Below are positions 48,022 through 56,621 of a stretch of DNA of 61,723 nucleotides, piece by piece (the stretch's first letter is position 1; every line of letters begins with the position of its first letter). The DNA is from Clostridia bacterium (lineage in GTDB: Bacteria > Bacillota > Clostridia > Christensenellales > QALW01). The position numbers and the translations under genes were made by a program. The DNA lies in contig JAZRXI010000087.1 of the NCBI GenBank assembly GCA_045600145.1, positions 1 through 61,723 of the forward strand, given 5' to 3'. Under the pieces are notes generated by a model. That model had not been told where the DNA came from and made no database searches. It saw only the letters and a list, made by a program, of their open reading frames with translations.

Positions 48022-48957
48022 TCAAATGAAATCGTTGATGTTGAATTTCCATTCTTTTCTTTTTCTGAATGGCTGCTTGAACTTTTTAGTTAAAACACCT
48101 TTTGATTCAAGATGGATGTAACAAGCCACATCACATGATCTTCCGCAAATAGAACATTGGTATGCGTGTTGAGCAGGGGGATAAAAATAGATGTTATCAA
48201 GGATTTTTTTTGCCGTTTCGGGGTCGACTTTGGCTTCTCCCGCTATTATTTCCAAACGATTATCAAACCCGGAAAAAGCATCGGGTGGCATGAACGGATT
48301 TTTTAAACCGTTTGCCCCGTTATAATACACTGCACATTGCCACTCATCGACTTTTCCGTCTTTGCTTATTGCGTTACCGGGACATGCCTTTATACATTTA
48401 CCGCAATTATCGCAAAGCTTTGTCGTTTTGATCTCGTCGGGCTTTATTTCGGCATCGGTCAGAATAAAGCAATAACGCACCATGGGGCCGAAATCAGATG
48501 TAAGCAATGCTCCGCTGAGTCCCTTTTCACCAAGACCGCATTTTACCGCCGCATCAACGAAATCCATTTGATTTTCGGCAGTCTTATTTCTGTAAACAGC
48601 ATCATATGCGACCTCCGGATTGGTACTGTTCTTTTCTTGCATGATTTGCTGATGACGACGTTGCGGTACTGCTAAAAAGCCATTACTTTCCAAAAAAACG
48701 GAAATTTTCATCTGTGCCATGGGCATTATGGTTTCTTCCATGTTTTCAACGCCCATTGTGGTATACTGATAATATGTAGTTCCCTCTTCCGTACCTCTGT
48801 AAACACCGCGGAGAACTCTGAATCCCAAACCTATTACCGTTTTTGTTTGAGGGAAAATTTTGAATATCGCATCGCTTTTATCAAAAGCTTCGGCACTTGC
48901 GAATCCGACAATATCGGCAAAATTGTCCTTTGCGATTTCTATGATTTTTGATTTCAT
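48022..48957 (-). CDS. QueG/RdhA-superfamily Fe-S protein, paralogue 3 (last gene of the operon)
   Basis: QueG-like N-terminus (IIEIAKDNFADIVGFASAE), CGLGEKGLSG, RYCFILTDA, CDNCGKCIKACPGNAI, WQCAVYY and CSICGRSCDVAC. ATGA overlap with paralogue 2. Confidence 0.65.
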   Translation of the reverse strand: MKSKIIEIAKDNFADIVGFASAEAFDKSDAIFKIFPQTKTVIGLGFRVLRGVYRGTEEGTTYYQYTTMGVENMEETIMPMAQMKISVFLESNGFLAVPQRRHQQIMQEKNSTNPEVAYDAVYRNKTAENQMDFVDAAVKCGLGEKGLSGALLTSDFGPMVRYCFILTDAEIKPDEIKTTKLCDNCGKCIKACPGNAISKDGKVDEWQCAVYYNGANGLKNPFMPPDAFSGFDNRLEIIAGEAKVDPETAKKILDNIYFYPPAQHAYQCSICGRSCDVACYIHLESKGVLTKKFKQPFRKRKEWKFNINDFI

Positions 48958-49862
48958 TTTTTTTCTCCTTTCAGATGACGATAGCAGGCAACATCACATT
49001 TTCTTCCGCAAAGGCATGGAGTATATCCCCATTGCGTATTCGGCAGAAAGTCCATTTCCTTAAATATTTTCCTTGCACTATCGCTGTCAAAACGCTTTTT
49101 ACCGTTTAATATCGTTTCTCTTTCGGGATCATCTTTCAAAAACTTTTCGGTAATAAACGGGTTGGATTTGTGTGCTCCCTTGTAATAAACAGCACATTGC
49201 CAAGTGTCAAGCCCGTCATCGCCGATCGCGTTACCGGGACATGCTTTTATACATTCTCCGCAATTATCGCAAATACTTTCGGTCAAAGGCCCATCCGTCT
49301 CGAGAGGCGCGTCGGTAATGATAAAACAATATCTTATAAAAGGTCCGTAATCCTTATTGATTATTTTACCGCTCAGTCCCTTTTCACCTATACCGCATGC
49401 CCTTGCCGCCTTACCGAAATCAATTATAACATCGGGTGCGGGCTTTCCGTCAGCAACGGGTACCGCATGGATAAGCTCATAGGTGTCCAAGACCTCGGGA
49501 TTGGTCGTCTTATCTCCTTTAATACGCAAATTCGGTATTGATTTCTGAAGGCAGGCGTCATACCCTGCATTTTCTATCATAGCTCCGATTTTAAGTAAAA
49601 AAATCTCCGCCATTTCTTCATCAATATACTTTACTCCCATTGAGGTATATGTATAATACTGACTTCCTATATCCATTGTCATATAAAGACCCTTCGGTAC
49701 TGCAAATCCAAAGCCGATCATACATTTTGCATTCGGCAAAATCATTTTTGGGTCTCTCTGTATATCTTCATTTTTGAATAGATCCAACGAGCCTATGCCG
49801 CAGATCGCGGCACCGAGCTCTTTTGCTTTTGCTTTTATATCTGACGCTGTCAACATTTTCAT
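48954..49862 (-). CDS. QueG/RdhA-superfamily Fe-S protein, paralogue 2
   Basis: Shares TNPEV, CGIGEKGLSG, RYCFIITDA, CDNCGECIKACPGNAI, WQCAVYY and CLCGRKCDVAC with paralogue 3. AGGAG precedes the start. Confidence 0.65.
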   Translation of the reverse strand: MKMLTASDIKAKAKELGAAICGIGSLDLFKNEDIQRDPKMILPNAKCMIGFGFAVPKGLYMTMDIGSQYYTYTSMGVKYIDEEMAEIFLLKIGAMIENAGYDACLQKSIPNLRIKGDKTTNPEVLDTYELIHAVPVADGKPAPDVIIDFGKAARACGIGEKGLSGKIINKDYGPFIRYCFIITDAPLETDGPLTESICDNCGECIKACPGNAIGDDGLDTWQCAVYYKGAHKSNPFITEKFLKDDPERETILNGKKRFDSDSARKIFKEMDFLPNTQWGYTPCLCGRKCDVACYRHLKGEKK

Positions 49863-49880
49863 TTACTCCTAATCCGTTTT

Positions 49881-50225
49881 TTAACTCTGACAATACTGCT
49901 TTTCCGTATTATCTTTTGATGTATCACTGTTTTCTATAACCAAAACGGTTGCATCACGACTTACGACGATATGGTGCCATTCGCCTTTCGGAACTTCATA
50001 CGCTTTGTTTACTTCCAACTTTTCGGATATTATGTTTTGATCGCTTTTGACATATAATTCCGCCGTTCCGGACATCAGAACGAATACTTCCGCCGTTTGT
50101 GTGTGACGCTCCCATATGCCGATATGAGAGAATCTGTCGGAATAGCGCAGAAACCCGATTTTCCAACCCTCAAAGCTGAAAACTGCCTTGAAGTCGGAGC
50201 CGTCATACGAATATATGTTCATCAT
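49881..50225 (-). CDS. Small cupin-fold protein
   Basis: About 114 aa with cupin-like motifs (ERHTQTAEVFVLMSGTAELY ... PKGEWHHIV). Its ATG overlaps the TGA of the upstream paralogue. The ORF track extends to 50243. Confidence 0.6.
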   Translation of the reverse strand: MMNIYSYDGSDFKAVFSFEGWKIGFLRYSDRFSHIGIWERHTQTAEVFVLMSGTAELYVKSDQNIISEKLEVNKAYEVPKGEWHHIVVSRDATVLVIENSDTSKDNTEKQYCQS

Positions 50226-51316
50226 CAGCGATCCAATTTCCATGTCTTTTTAGTTCTCAACGGCTCTTGAAAATGTCCTTCAAGACAACCGCCCTTTTTC
50301 TCGAGAACAGAAACGCATCCCCGTATACATCCTCCGCATTTTGCCATATTGTAGCCGACCCAGCTCGGGAAATACTTTTGAAGTGCGGTATACACCTTCA
50401 TTATTTCATGTTCATTTGCAACATTGGTAACGCCCTCCATAAGGTCAAGCGCACCGTCTTTGTTTTCATCCCAAACTTCTTTGGGAACAAACGGATTGTA
50501 GTATCTGCCGGCATGCGTATAGAAAGCATAGCAACGCCACATATCAATATCTCCCCATTCACAAACTTTGCCCTCTATATTGACTGTGACCGTTTTACCT
50601 GAATCTATTGCCGGTATACATCCTCCCGGGCACTCTCTGACACATGCACCGCATCTCCGACATAACGGCTTACCATTGTACATTTCATCATATTCATCAA
50701 AATCAGCATCGGTAAATATGAAGGCAACACGCTGTAACGGCCCGAATTGAGGAGTTAAAAGCATTTTGCTCCAACCTATTTCACCAAGACCGCAGGCAAC
50801 CGCCGCAAGACGAAATTGAAACTGTAAATCAGGCGGTACATTATCTTCTCTTGTAGCTCGGGTAAACTGAACATTTCTATGATGCGCAGTAGCGTTTTTG
50901 GCATTTTCGTTTACTTCTATCTGCTCTTCCGGAGAAAGTGAGTTTCCTTGACTTCCGTCCATATCCGAAACGCAGCCTCTGGCGCCTGTATTCCGATAAA
51001 CAAATGCCTCATACCCCTCATCCTCTATGACTTTCCCTACTGCATAAAGAACAGCCGGAGCGAAAATCTCGTTTATACCGCCGTAAGCCATAGAGGGATA
51101 TTGATAAAACTGAGTCCCCTCCTCTATTCCTCTCTGAACACCCCTTGGTATTCGAAAAATAAAACCTATCATGGATTTGGCTTCGGGGAAAAGATACATC
51201 GGGTTCATCTCGTCCGGAGCCCCTTTCATCCTTGTGATAGGCGCGATCCCGCAGGCATCGGCACCTGCTTTTAACGCCATTTCTTTAATTAGTTTACTGT
51301 TAAGCATAGTATTCAC
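50225..51316 (-). CDS. QueG/RdhA-superfamily Fe-S protein, paralogue 1 (longer and more divergent)
   Basis: IKEMALKAGADACGIAP N-terminus, ACGLGEIGWS, RVAFIFTDA, CRRCGACVRECPGGCI, MWRCYAFY and KCGGCIRGC. It starts 5 nt after the U32-like gene's stop. Confidence 0.6.
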   Translation of the reverse strand: MNTMLNSKLIKEMALKAGADACGIAPITRMKGAPDEMNPMYLFPEAKSMIGFIFRIPRGVQRGIEEGTQFYQYPSMAYGGINEIFAPAVLYAVGKVIEDEGYEAFVYRNTGARGCVSDMDGSQGNSLSPEEQIEVNENAKNATAHHRNVQFTRATREDNVPPDLQFQFRLAAVACGLGEIGWSKMLLTPQFGPLQRVAFIFTDADFDEYDEMYNGKPLCRRCGACVRECPGGCIPAIDSGKTVTVNIEGKVCEWGDIDMWRCYAFYTHAGRYYNPFVPKEVWDENKDGALDLMEGVTNVANEHEIMKVYTALQKYFPSWVGYNMAKCGGCIRGCVSVLEKKGGCLEGHFQEPLRTKKTWKLDR

Positions 51317-51321
51317 CTTTC

Positions 51322-52278
51322 TTATATCCCGTCTATTCTTTTCAGCTTTAACGGTTCTCCGTTTTCCAGCACATAAGGATATATTGAATGTGTCGGCTCT
51401 AAAATTCGGAGAATGTCTCCGCTGTATTTTTCGTTTATATAACTTTTCAATACAAGCTCCGGATCATTATGAACTCTTGTAGCAAGCTTTACCGAAACAA
51501 AATAATCTTCGTATAAATGAATATCTTCGGGACGTACGAAATTTGTTATTTGAGGCAGCTTTTGAATATTCTCTTGCTTTTTCAAAAATTCTTTGCAAAT
51601 ACCCGTAAAACTATATGCGTTGTCCATTTTGGAAATTTCATCCTCGCGAGCTACAAGGTTATCATGAAAATTATGTGCCGAGCAATTATTCAGACAGCCG
51701 CTGTTGGCAAGCATAAACAATTTTTTTGAATTTCTGTCGCACCATTGCTTCAAAATTTTTATTTTATCAAAATCCCGATTAAGCTCTCTGCGCATATAGT
51801 AAGAATCAAAATATTCGGATAGGTATTCCATGCCTTCGACAGAACCGATTTCCATATTGACGGAAGCTCTTGTTTCTAAAGTTTCAAAATTGTTTTTAAT
51901 GAATTTGGCAATCAGTGGTGAAGTGGTCGTAACAGATGAAAGACCGTAATTATTATTTATGTAATCTACTGTATTGCCGATTTTGCAGAAAAAAGCTCTT
52001 GACAGGCTGTCTTTTCCGTAACAATTTCCATTGAAAAGAAGGTTTAACCTGATGTTGTTTTTGCTTATATTTTTAAGGGCATTTCTTTGTGTATCAATTC
52101 GCTCGATTTCCGACATCGTGTCTCCTATAACCAGATTGCTTCTTCCGTTCGGAAAATCACCGAATGAAAAATATACCTCGTAAATATGCTCTTTGTTTTC
52201 CGTTATGCAATTCAGAAAAGCGGGATCATTATTTGGTAAGCCTACTGAATACTTCAAAATACACACCTGCAAATTCAA
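51322..52278 (-). CDS. Divergent peptidase-U32-family-like (TIM-barrel) protein, first gene of the operon
   Basis: The layout resembles U32 proteins (VYFSFGDFPNGRS; TTTSPLIAKFIKNNF..LETRASVN; FMLANSGCLNNCSAHNF). It does not match the canonical U32 signature exactly, so the assignment is tentative. Confidence 0.4.
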   Translation of the reverse strand: MNLQVCILKYSVGLPNNDPAFLNCITENKEHIYEVYFSFGDFPNGRSNLVIGDTMSEIERIDTQRNALKNISKNNIRLNLLFNGNCYGKDSLSRAFFCKIGNTVDYINNNYGLSSVTTTSPLIAKFIKNNFETLETRASVNMEIGSVEGMEYLSEYFDSYYMRRELNRDFDKIKILKQWCDRNSKKLFMLANSGCLNNCSAHNFHDNLVAREDEISKMDNAYSFTGICKEFLKKQENIQKLPQITNFVRPEDIHLYEDYFVSVKLATRVHNDPELVLKSYINEKYSGDILRILEPTHSIYPYVLENGEPLKLKRIDGI

Positions 52279-52369
52279 ATTTTCATATTGATTTTATCAC
52301 ACATTTACGCTATAATGAATATATAAAACAATAAAATTCTTTAATATAACAAACTTTTAGAGGTGGATC

Positions 52370-53218
52370 ATGAAGCTGTGTGAGATCAATCCGTTTATAC
52401 GTTTTGCCGAAAAAATAAAAATCAAAAGAAGACCTGAAAAATTCAATGTGTTTGATTCGAGGATCTTTTCGATTTTATCGGGTGTAATTGAAATCAAAAC
52501 AGAAGAAAATTGCTACAATTTGAGACCCGGCGATATATTTTACTGTGCACAAGGAAGCTGTTATACTATCGCGTGCAGTGAGGTGTGTGAATTGATATGC
52601 CTCAATTTTGATTTGACACAGAAAAGAAATACCATCACCGAAGCTTATGCTCCCGTAAAAATCAAATCAAGCTCGGAGGTGTTGTTTTTTAATGATGATA
52701 CTGTTGAAGATTGCGTGTATATCAATAAGTTCTTTTATTTGAAAAACGATTATTTGATCAAAACACAAATAACGAAGATCGCTGATGAATTTGAAAATAA
52801 GCGAATATATTTCAGGGAAAAATCCGGTGCGATCCTAAAAGATATCCTTATTGAAATGAGCAGGAGAGATCTGGAAAAAAATGCTAATTCGTTTGACGCG
52901 GTGGAAAAGACGATGGCATAAATAAATGATAATTACAGAAATAAAATAAACAACGAACAGCTTGCGAGGTTGACCGGATATCATCAGTACTATCTCAACC
53001 GCATTTTTAAGATACAGACCGGTAAAACGATCCATAAATACATTATGGAGGTTCGAATAAATGAAGCCAGAAAAATGCTGATGACAACAAATCTGTCCAT
53101 TTGTGCGATCGCTCAAAAAACAGGTTTTTGCAGTGATACGCATCTTTCTAATTGTTTTGAAGATTATTTTGGTTATAGGCCAATAAAATATAAAGAGCTT
53201 TTCAAAAATAATATTTAG
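52370..53218 (+). pseudogene. AraC-family regulator interrupted by one in-frame TAA (52919-52921)
   Basis: ORFs 52370-52921 (cupin-type sensor domain) and 52970-53218 (HTH: LARLTGYHQYYLNRIFK...FCSDTHLSNCF) are in the same frame. Translation through the stop reads VEKTMA*INDNYRNKINNEQLARLTGYHQYY. Confidence 0.8.
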
Positions 53219-53289
53219 CAAAATCTCGGAACATGGGTGAGGCTCTGCTGAGGGGGCTGCCGGTCATGACGGGCTCGGCGGCGCACATT

Positions 53290-53886
53290 CCCGCTTGCAG
53301 AGGGCAAACGCTCCATCGAGGCGGAACTTCGCCTTGAACGCCATAAGGCAAATTTGTTGTTCGATGAACGCAGGAGCGGTTAAAAATTACGCAGATCTTA
53401 ATTTCCCGAAAAAACGGCAGATAATGAAATCAAGCTGAACGAGGAGATAAAGGAATTAAAAACGGCTGAAAATTCAATCGCAGAGGAAAAAGAAGAGCCT
53501 GAAAAAGAGATTCTTCGGAATCTCGGCATTGATGATGACGAAGAAAAAGCTGAATGCCGTTTTTGAGAAAAACCAACAGAACCCTTACATTCTCTATCAG
53601 TCGGGAGAGTTGGTAAAAGGCATATGTCAAAAGCTTGTGGAGCACGATAAAGCGCATCCGAAATTCAAGAAGACCAATCCGTTTCTCAAGCAGAAAGAGC
53701 TTGATACCGCCAAAAAGACGATGTTACGCGGACAGGAGGCGGCACGGACGATGAAGAGTCACACGGCGGACGCTCCGGAAATGAACGGGATCGAAGAACA
53801 ATACAGAGCCGCTCGATCTTCTTAATGTACCGAAGGACGAAGTGAAGAGTAAATCCAAGCAAAAGACCGCTCTGACCAACAACTGA
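53290..53886 (+). pseudogene. Decayed coding remnant of unknown origin (at least three frame changes)
   Basis: Coding-like segments continue across frames: ...AVKNYADLNFP / FPEKTADNEIKLNEEIKELK...DDDEEK / KKLNAVFEKNQQ...EEQYR / EPLDLLNVPKDEVKSK. The frame junctions fall at A-runs (53409-53414 and 53545-53549). Confidence 0.55.
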
Positions 53887-54143
53887 TACCGCGCATTGGC
53901 GCAGGCAACAGAAAATGCCGATGAGTATATACCTAATTATCCATACCGCATAATGCAAATCAGCCTCAAGCGGCTTTGCACCACTTTTTTTCTCCCGTCG
54001 TAAGTAAGGCGGGAAAAATTTTTTATACGAAGGTGTAAGCAAGAGACACACGAAGTTTTCACAGTTTATCTAATATGTTAAAGCGACGTGACAATCCATG
54101 TCGGCGCAAAAGCACTTAATATGGATTGCCACGTATTATGTCA

Positions 54144-54312
54144 AAAAACTCATAATGACGCAGGGAAGTTTTTTTATCGTGTAACTACTTTGTTTCACGG
54201 CTTTTACTTTAGATAAAGCAACTTAGATAAAGCAACGCGAAGTATCAGTAAAGTCTTTTGCCGCGCTTTTCTTCGAAAAAGCGGGTAAAGGGTGCGGGGG
54301 ACAGAGCCCACA
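54144..54312 (+). repeat. Intergenic repeat copy D (core deleted, 3' module retained, internal 14-nt tandem duplication)
   Basis: TACTTTGTTTCACGGC..ACTTTAGATAAAGCAAC..CGAAG..CAGTAAAGTCT aligns with 56485-56580. TTAGATAAAGCAAC is duplicated at 54209-54222 and 54223-54236. Confidence 0.65.
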
Positions 54313-54328
54313 TCCAATAAAAAAGGGG

Positions 54329-54592
54329 TCACGGATGCGGAGCGGCTGCGGCATTTTTATAGCTTACGACGGGCAAACGTGCGCTGAGAATCGCCCCTGC
54401 TCCTTTCCGCTCGATACTTATTGATATTTTATCATAATCCGGCTCTATATATTTTATTGCGGCTGAGATTATATCGGCGGTCATCTGCAACAAAAATTCG
54501 GCAGATACGTTGGCTCTGTCACGTGATACAACAGACATAAGACGTTGCTTTGCCGTATTACTGCTTGTACTTTTTTTGAAAAATCCGAACAT
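54329..54592 (-). CDS. minE: Cell division topological specificity factor MinE
   Basis: MFGFFKKSTSSNTAKQRLMSVVSRDR matches the conserved MinE membrane-targeting/anti-MinCD N-terminus. Confidence 0.88.
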   Translation of the reverse strand: MFGFFKKSTSSNTAKQRLMSVVSRDRANVSAEFLLQMTADIISAAIKYIEPDYDKISISIERKGAGAILSARLPVVSYKNAAAAPHP

Positions 54593-54614
54593 AAATATTC
54601 CTCCTTATACGGAT

Positions 54615-55406
54615 TTATACTGCTCTTTTTCCGAAAATTTTGCCGATGAGTGCGGAAAGTCCTCCCGTAATATTTATGGGAATATTTTCGCCGATCAGTC
54701 TGTGCGCAATATTTTCGTATTCTTTACCCGCGCGGCTTGACGGCAGATTCAGTACAGGCTCGCCGAGATTTGCGGCACGGACGATGCTTGCGTCATCCGG
54801 CACTGCACCGATTGCCTTTTGCCCGAGAATATCCTCGACATCTTCGATACTCAGCATATCGCCGCCGCGAATCAGCTCTTGCTTGATACGGTTTATTATA
54901 AGTGAAACATGCGCAATTTCGCTTGTTGCCATCAGTCCGATGACCCTATCGGCGTCGCGTACTGATGACACCTCGGGGGTACATACAACAAGTGCTTCGT
55001 CGGCACCTGCTATCGCGTTTTTGAAGCCCTGTTCAATTCCTGCGGGACAGTCAAGCAAAATAAAATCATATAGCGGCTTCAATTCGTTAAGCAACTCACA
55101 CATTTGCTGCTCGCATATCGCGTTTTTATCGCGTGTCTGGCTTGCCGGCATGAAACTCAGATGTTCATTACGCTTATCTTTAATGATTGCTTGTCGAATA
55201 CGGCACTTGTTTTCGATAACGTCAACTATATCAAAGACGATTCGATTTTCAAGTCCGAGCACCGTATCAAGATTCCGCAAGCCGAGATCGGTGTCGATAA
55301 GCAGAACCTCCTTACCCAATCGGGCAAGACCGCATCCGACATTTGCACAGGCTGTCGTTTTGCCTACACCGCCTTTTCCGGATGTTACAACGATTACTCT
55401 ACCCAT
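54615..55406 (-). CDS. minD: Septum site-determining ATPase MinD
   Basis: MGRVIVVTSGKGGVGKTT deviant Walker A and a C-terminal amphipathic helix (LIGKIFGKR). AGGAGG lies upstream of the ATG at 55406; the ORF extends to 55493. Confidence 0.92.
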   Translation of the reverse strand: MGRVIVVTSGKGGVGKTTACANVGCGLARLGKEVLLIDTDLGLRNLDTVLGLENRIVFDIVDVIENKCRIRQAIIKDKRNEHLSFMPASQTRDKNAICEQQMCELLNELKPLYDFILLDCPAGIEQGFKNAIAGADEALVVCTPEVSSVRDADRVIGLMATSEIAHVSLIINRIKQELIRGGDMLSIEDVEDILGQKAIGAVPDDASIVRAANLGEPVLNLPSSRAGKEYENIAHRLIGENIPINITGGLSALIGKIFGKRAV

Positions 55407-55581
55407 ATGTGATTCCTCCTTTGTATTGCCTATGATACAACCTTGCTCTGAAAAAAGAAAGAACTCTTTTTGTCGAAAGAATGTTTTTGACAAAACAAGA
55501 AAAAAGCTTTCAAAAAACGCACTGCAAAATTGACAAAAATATCAAATGAAGATATAATTATATGCAAGGAGGATGCGGATC

Positions 55582-55797
55582 ATGAAACAGGCTACCAAAC
55601 AAAATACGATAGGCGAAATACTTGAAATGAACAGTGAGGTCGCGGCACTGTTCCTTGGACACGGAATGTTTTGCATTGCTTGTCCGAGTGCACAGAATGA
55701 ATCGTTTGAGGAAGCGTGCATGGTGCATAATATTGATGCTGATGCACTGCTTGAACTGATAAATAAATTTCTTGCGGCAGATGAGGTGGAAAAATGA
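55582..55797 (+). CDS. DUF1858-domain small protein (hybrid-cluster-protein-associated redox disulfide type)
   Basis: TIGEILEMNSEVAALFLGHGMFCIACPSAQNESFEEAC is typical of DUF1858. The ATG at 55582 has proper spacing from AGGAGG. Confidence 0.7.
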   Translation: MKQATKQNTIGEILEMNSEVAALFLGHGMFCIACPSAQNESFEEACMVHNIDADALLELINKFLAADEVEK

Positions 55798-56237
55798 TAG
55801 CGATCGGATGTGATCACGGAGGATATGAGCTTAAGCTCGCCATTATAAAGCACTTAGAAGAAAAAGGAATAAAGTGTAAAGATTTCGGATGCTATTCGAA
55901 TGAGAGCGTTGATTATCCCGATTATGCGTATCCTGTTGCCAAGGCTGTCGCTGACGGCGAATTTGAAAAAGGCATACTTGTTTGCGGGACAGGCATAGGT
56001 ATGAGCATTGCCGCAAACAAGGTTGACGGAATACGCTGTGCCTTGTGCGGCGATACGTTTTCGGCGCATGCTACACGTGAGCATAACGACAGTAATATCC
56101 TTGCACTCGGAGGGCGCGTAACAGGCCCCGAACTTGCCTTCGATATAGTTGATATTTGGCTGAACACGGACTTTTCCGAAGGTGCACGCCATATCAACAG
56201 AATAGGAAAAATTACGGAAATAGAAAATAAGCGATAA
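55794..56237 (+). CDS. rpiB: Ribose-5-phosphate isomerase B
   Basis: IAIGCDHGGYELK...GILVCGTGIGMSIAANKV...AR.HNDSNILALGGR are canonical RpiB/LacAB motifs. Confidence 0.92.
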   Translation: MIAIGCDHGGYELKLAIIKHLEEKGIKCKDFGCYSNESVDYPDYAYPVAKAVADGEFEKGILVCGTGIGMSIAANKVDGIRCALCGDTFSAHATREHNDSNILALGGRVTGPELAFDIVDIWLNTDFSEGARHINRIGKITEIENKR

Positions 56238-56344
56238 GCTATGTAGCGGGAACTCTGTCTCAATACCCATTTTGGGCTCTGCCCAAACGGGAAAAAACTG
56301 TCCCCGTGACTCTCGGAACAATTCTCACGAAATGTTCGATAAAA

Positions 56345-56580
56345 GATTTGTATTGCACTTTGCGCAAAGCAAAAATAGTACAGTGCCTTATGCTGAAATA
56401 TAGCACAGGCACTGTTTTTTTATGGGTTATTCTGTTGCACGAACGATATATGCCCGCAATGCCACAGGAAAGATTTTATAGCACATTACTTTGTTTCATG
56501 CCACTTAACTTTAGCCAAGCGACACGAAGCGCAGTAAAAGTCTAAGCTTTTCTGAAGAAAGGCTTGCAGTGGGGACGGAA
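56345..56580 (+). repeat. Intergenic repeat copy C (core hairpin plus 3' module)
   Basis: Core GATTTGTATTGCACTTTGCGCAAAGCAAAAATAGTACAGTGCCTTATGCT-GAAATAT-AGCACAGGCACTGTTTTTTTATGGGTTAT. The 3' module at 56485-56580 is homologous to copy D. Confidence 0.7.
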
Positions 56581-56621
56581 TCCACACGGAAGAAAGCGTA
56601 CCCTTGCAACGTCACCGCATG

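Noticed and set aside
47779-48121. 104-aa and 75-aa + strand ORFs in the gap after the GDPD gene
   Set aside because: They overlap the terminator hairpin and the 3' end of the minus-strand Fe-S gene. They lack an RBS and any motif.
54640-55533. 297-aa ORF on the + strand
   Set aside because: It is antisense to minD. The translation is Ser/Pro/Arg-rich and low-complexity, typical of a shadow frame.
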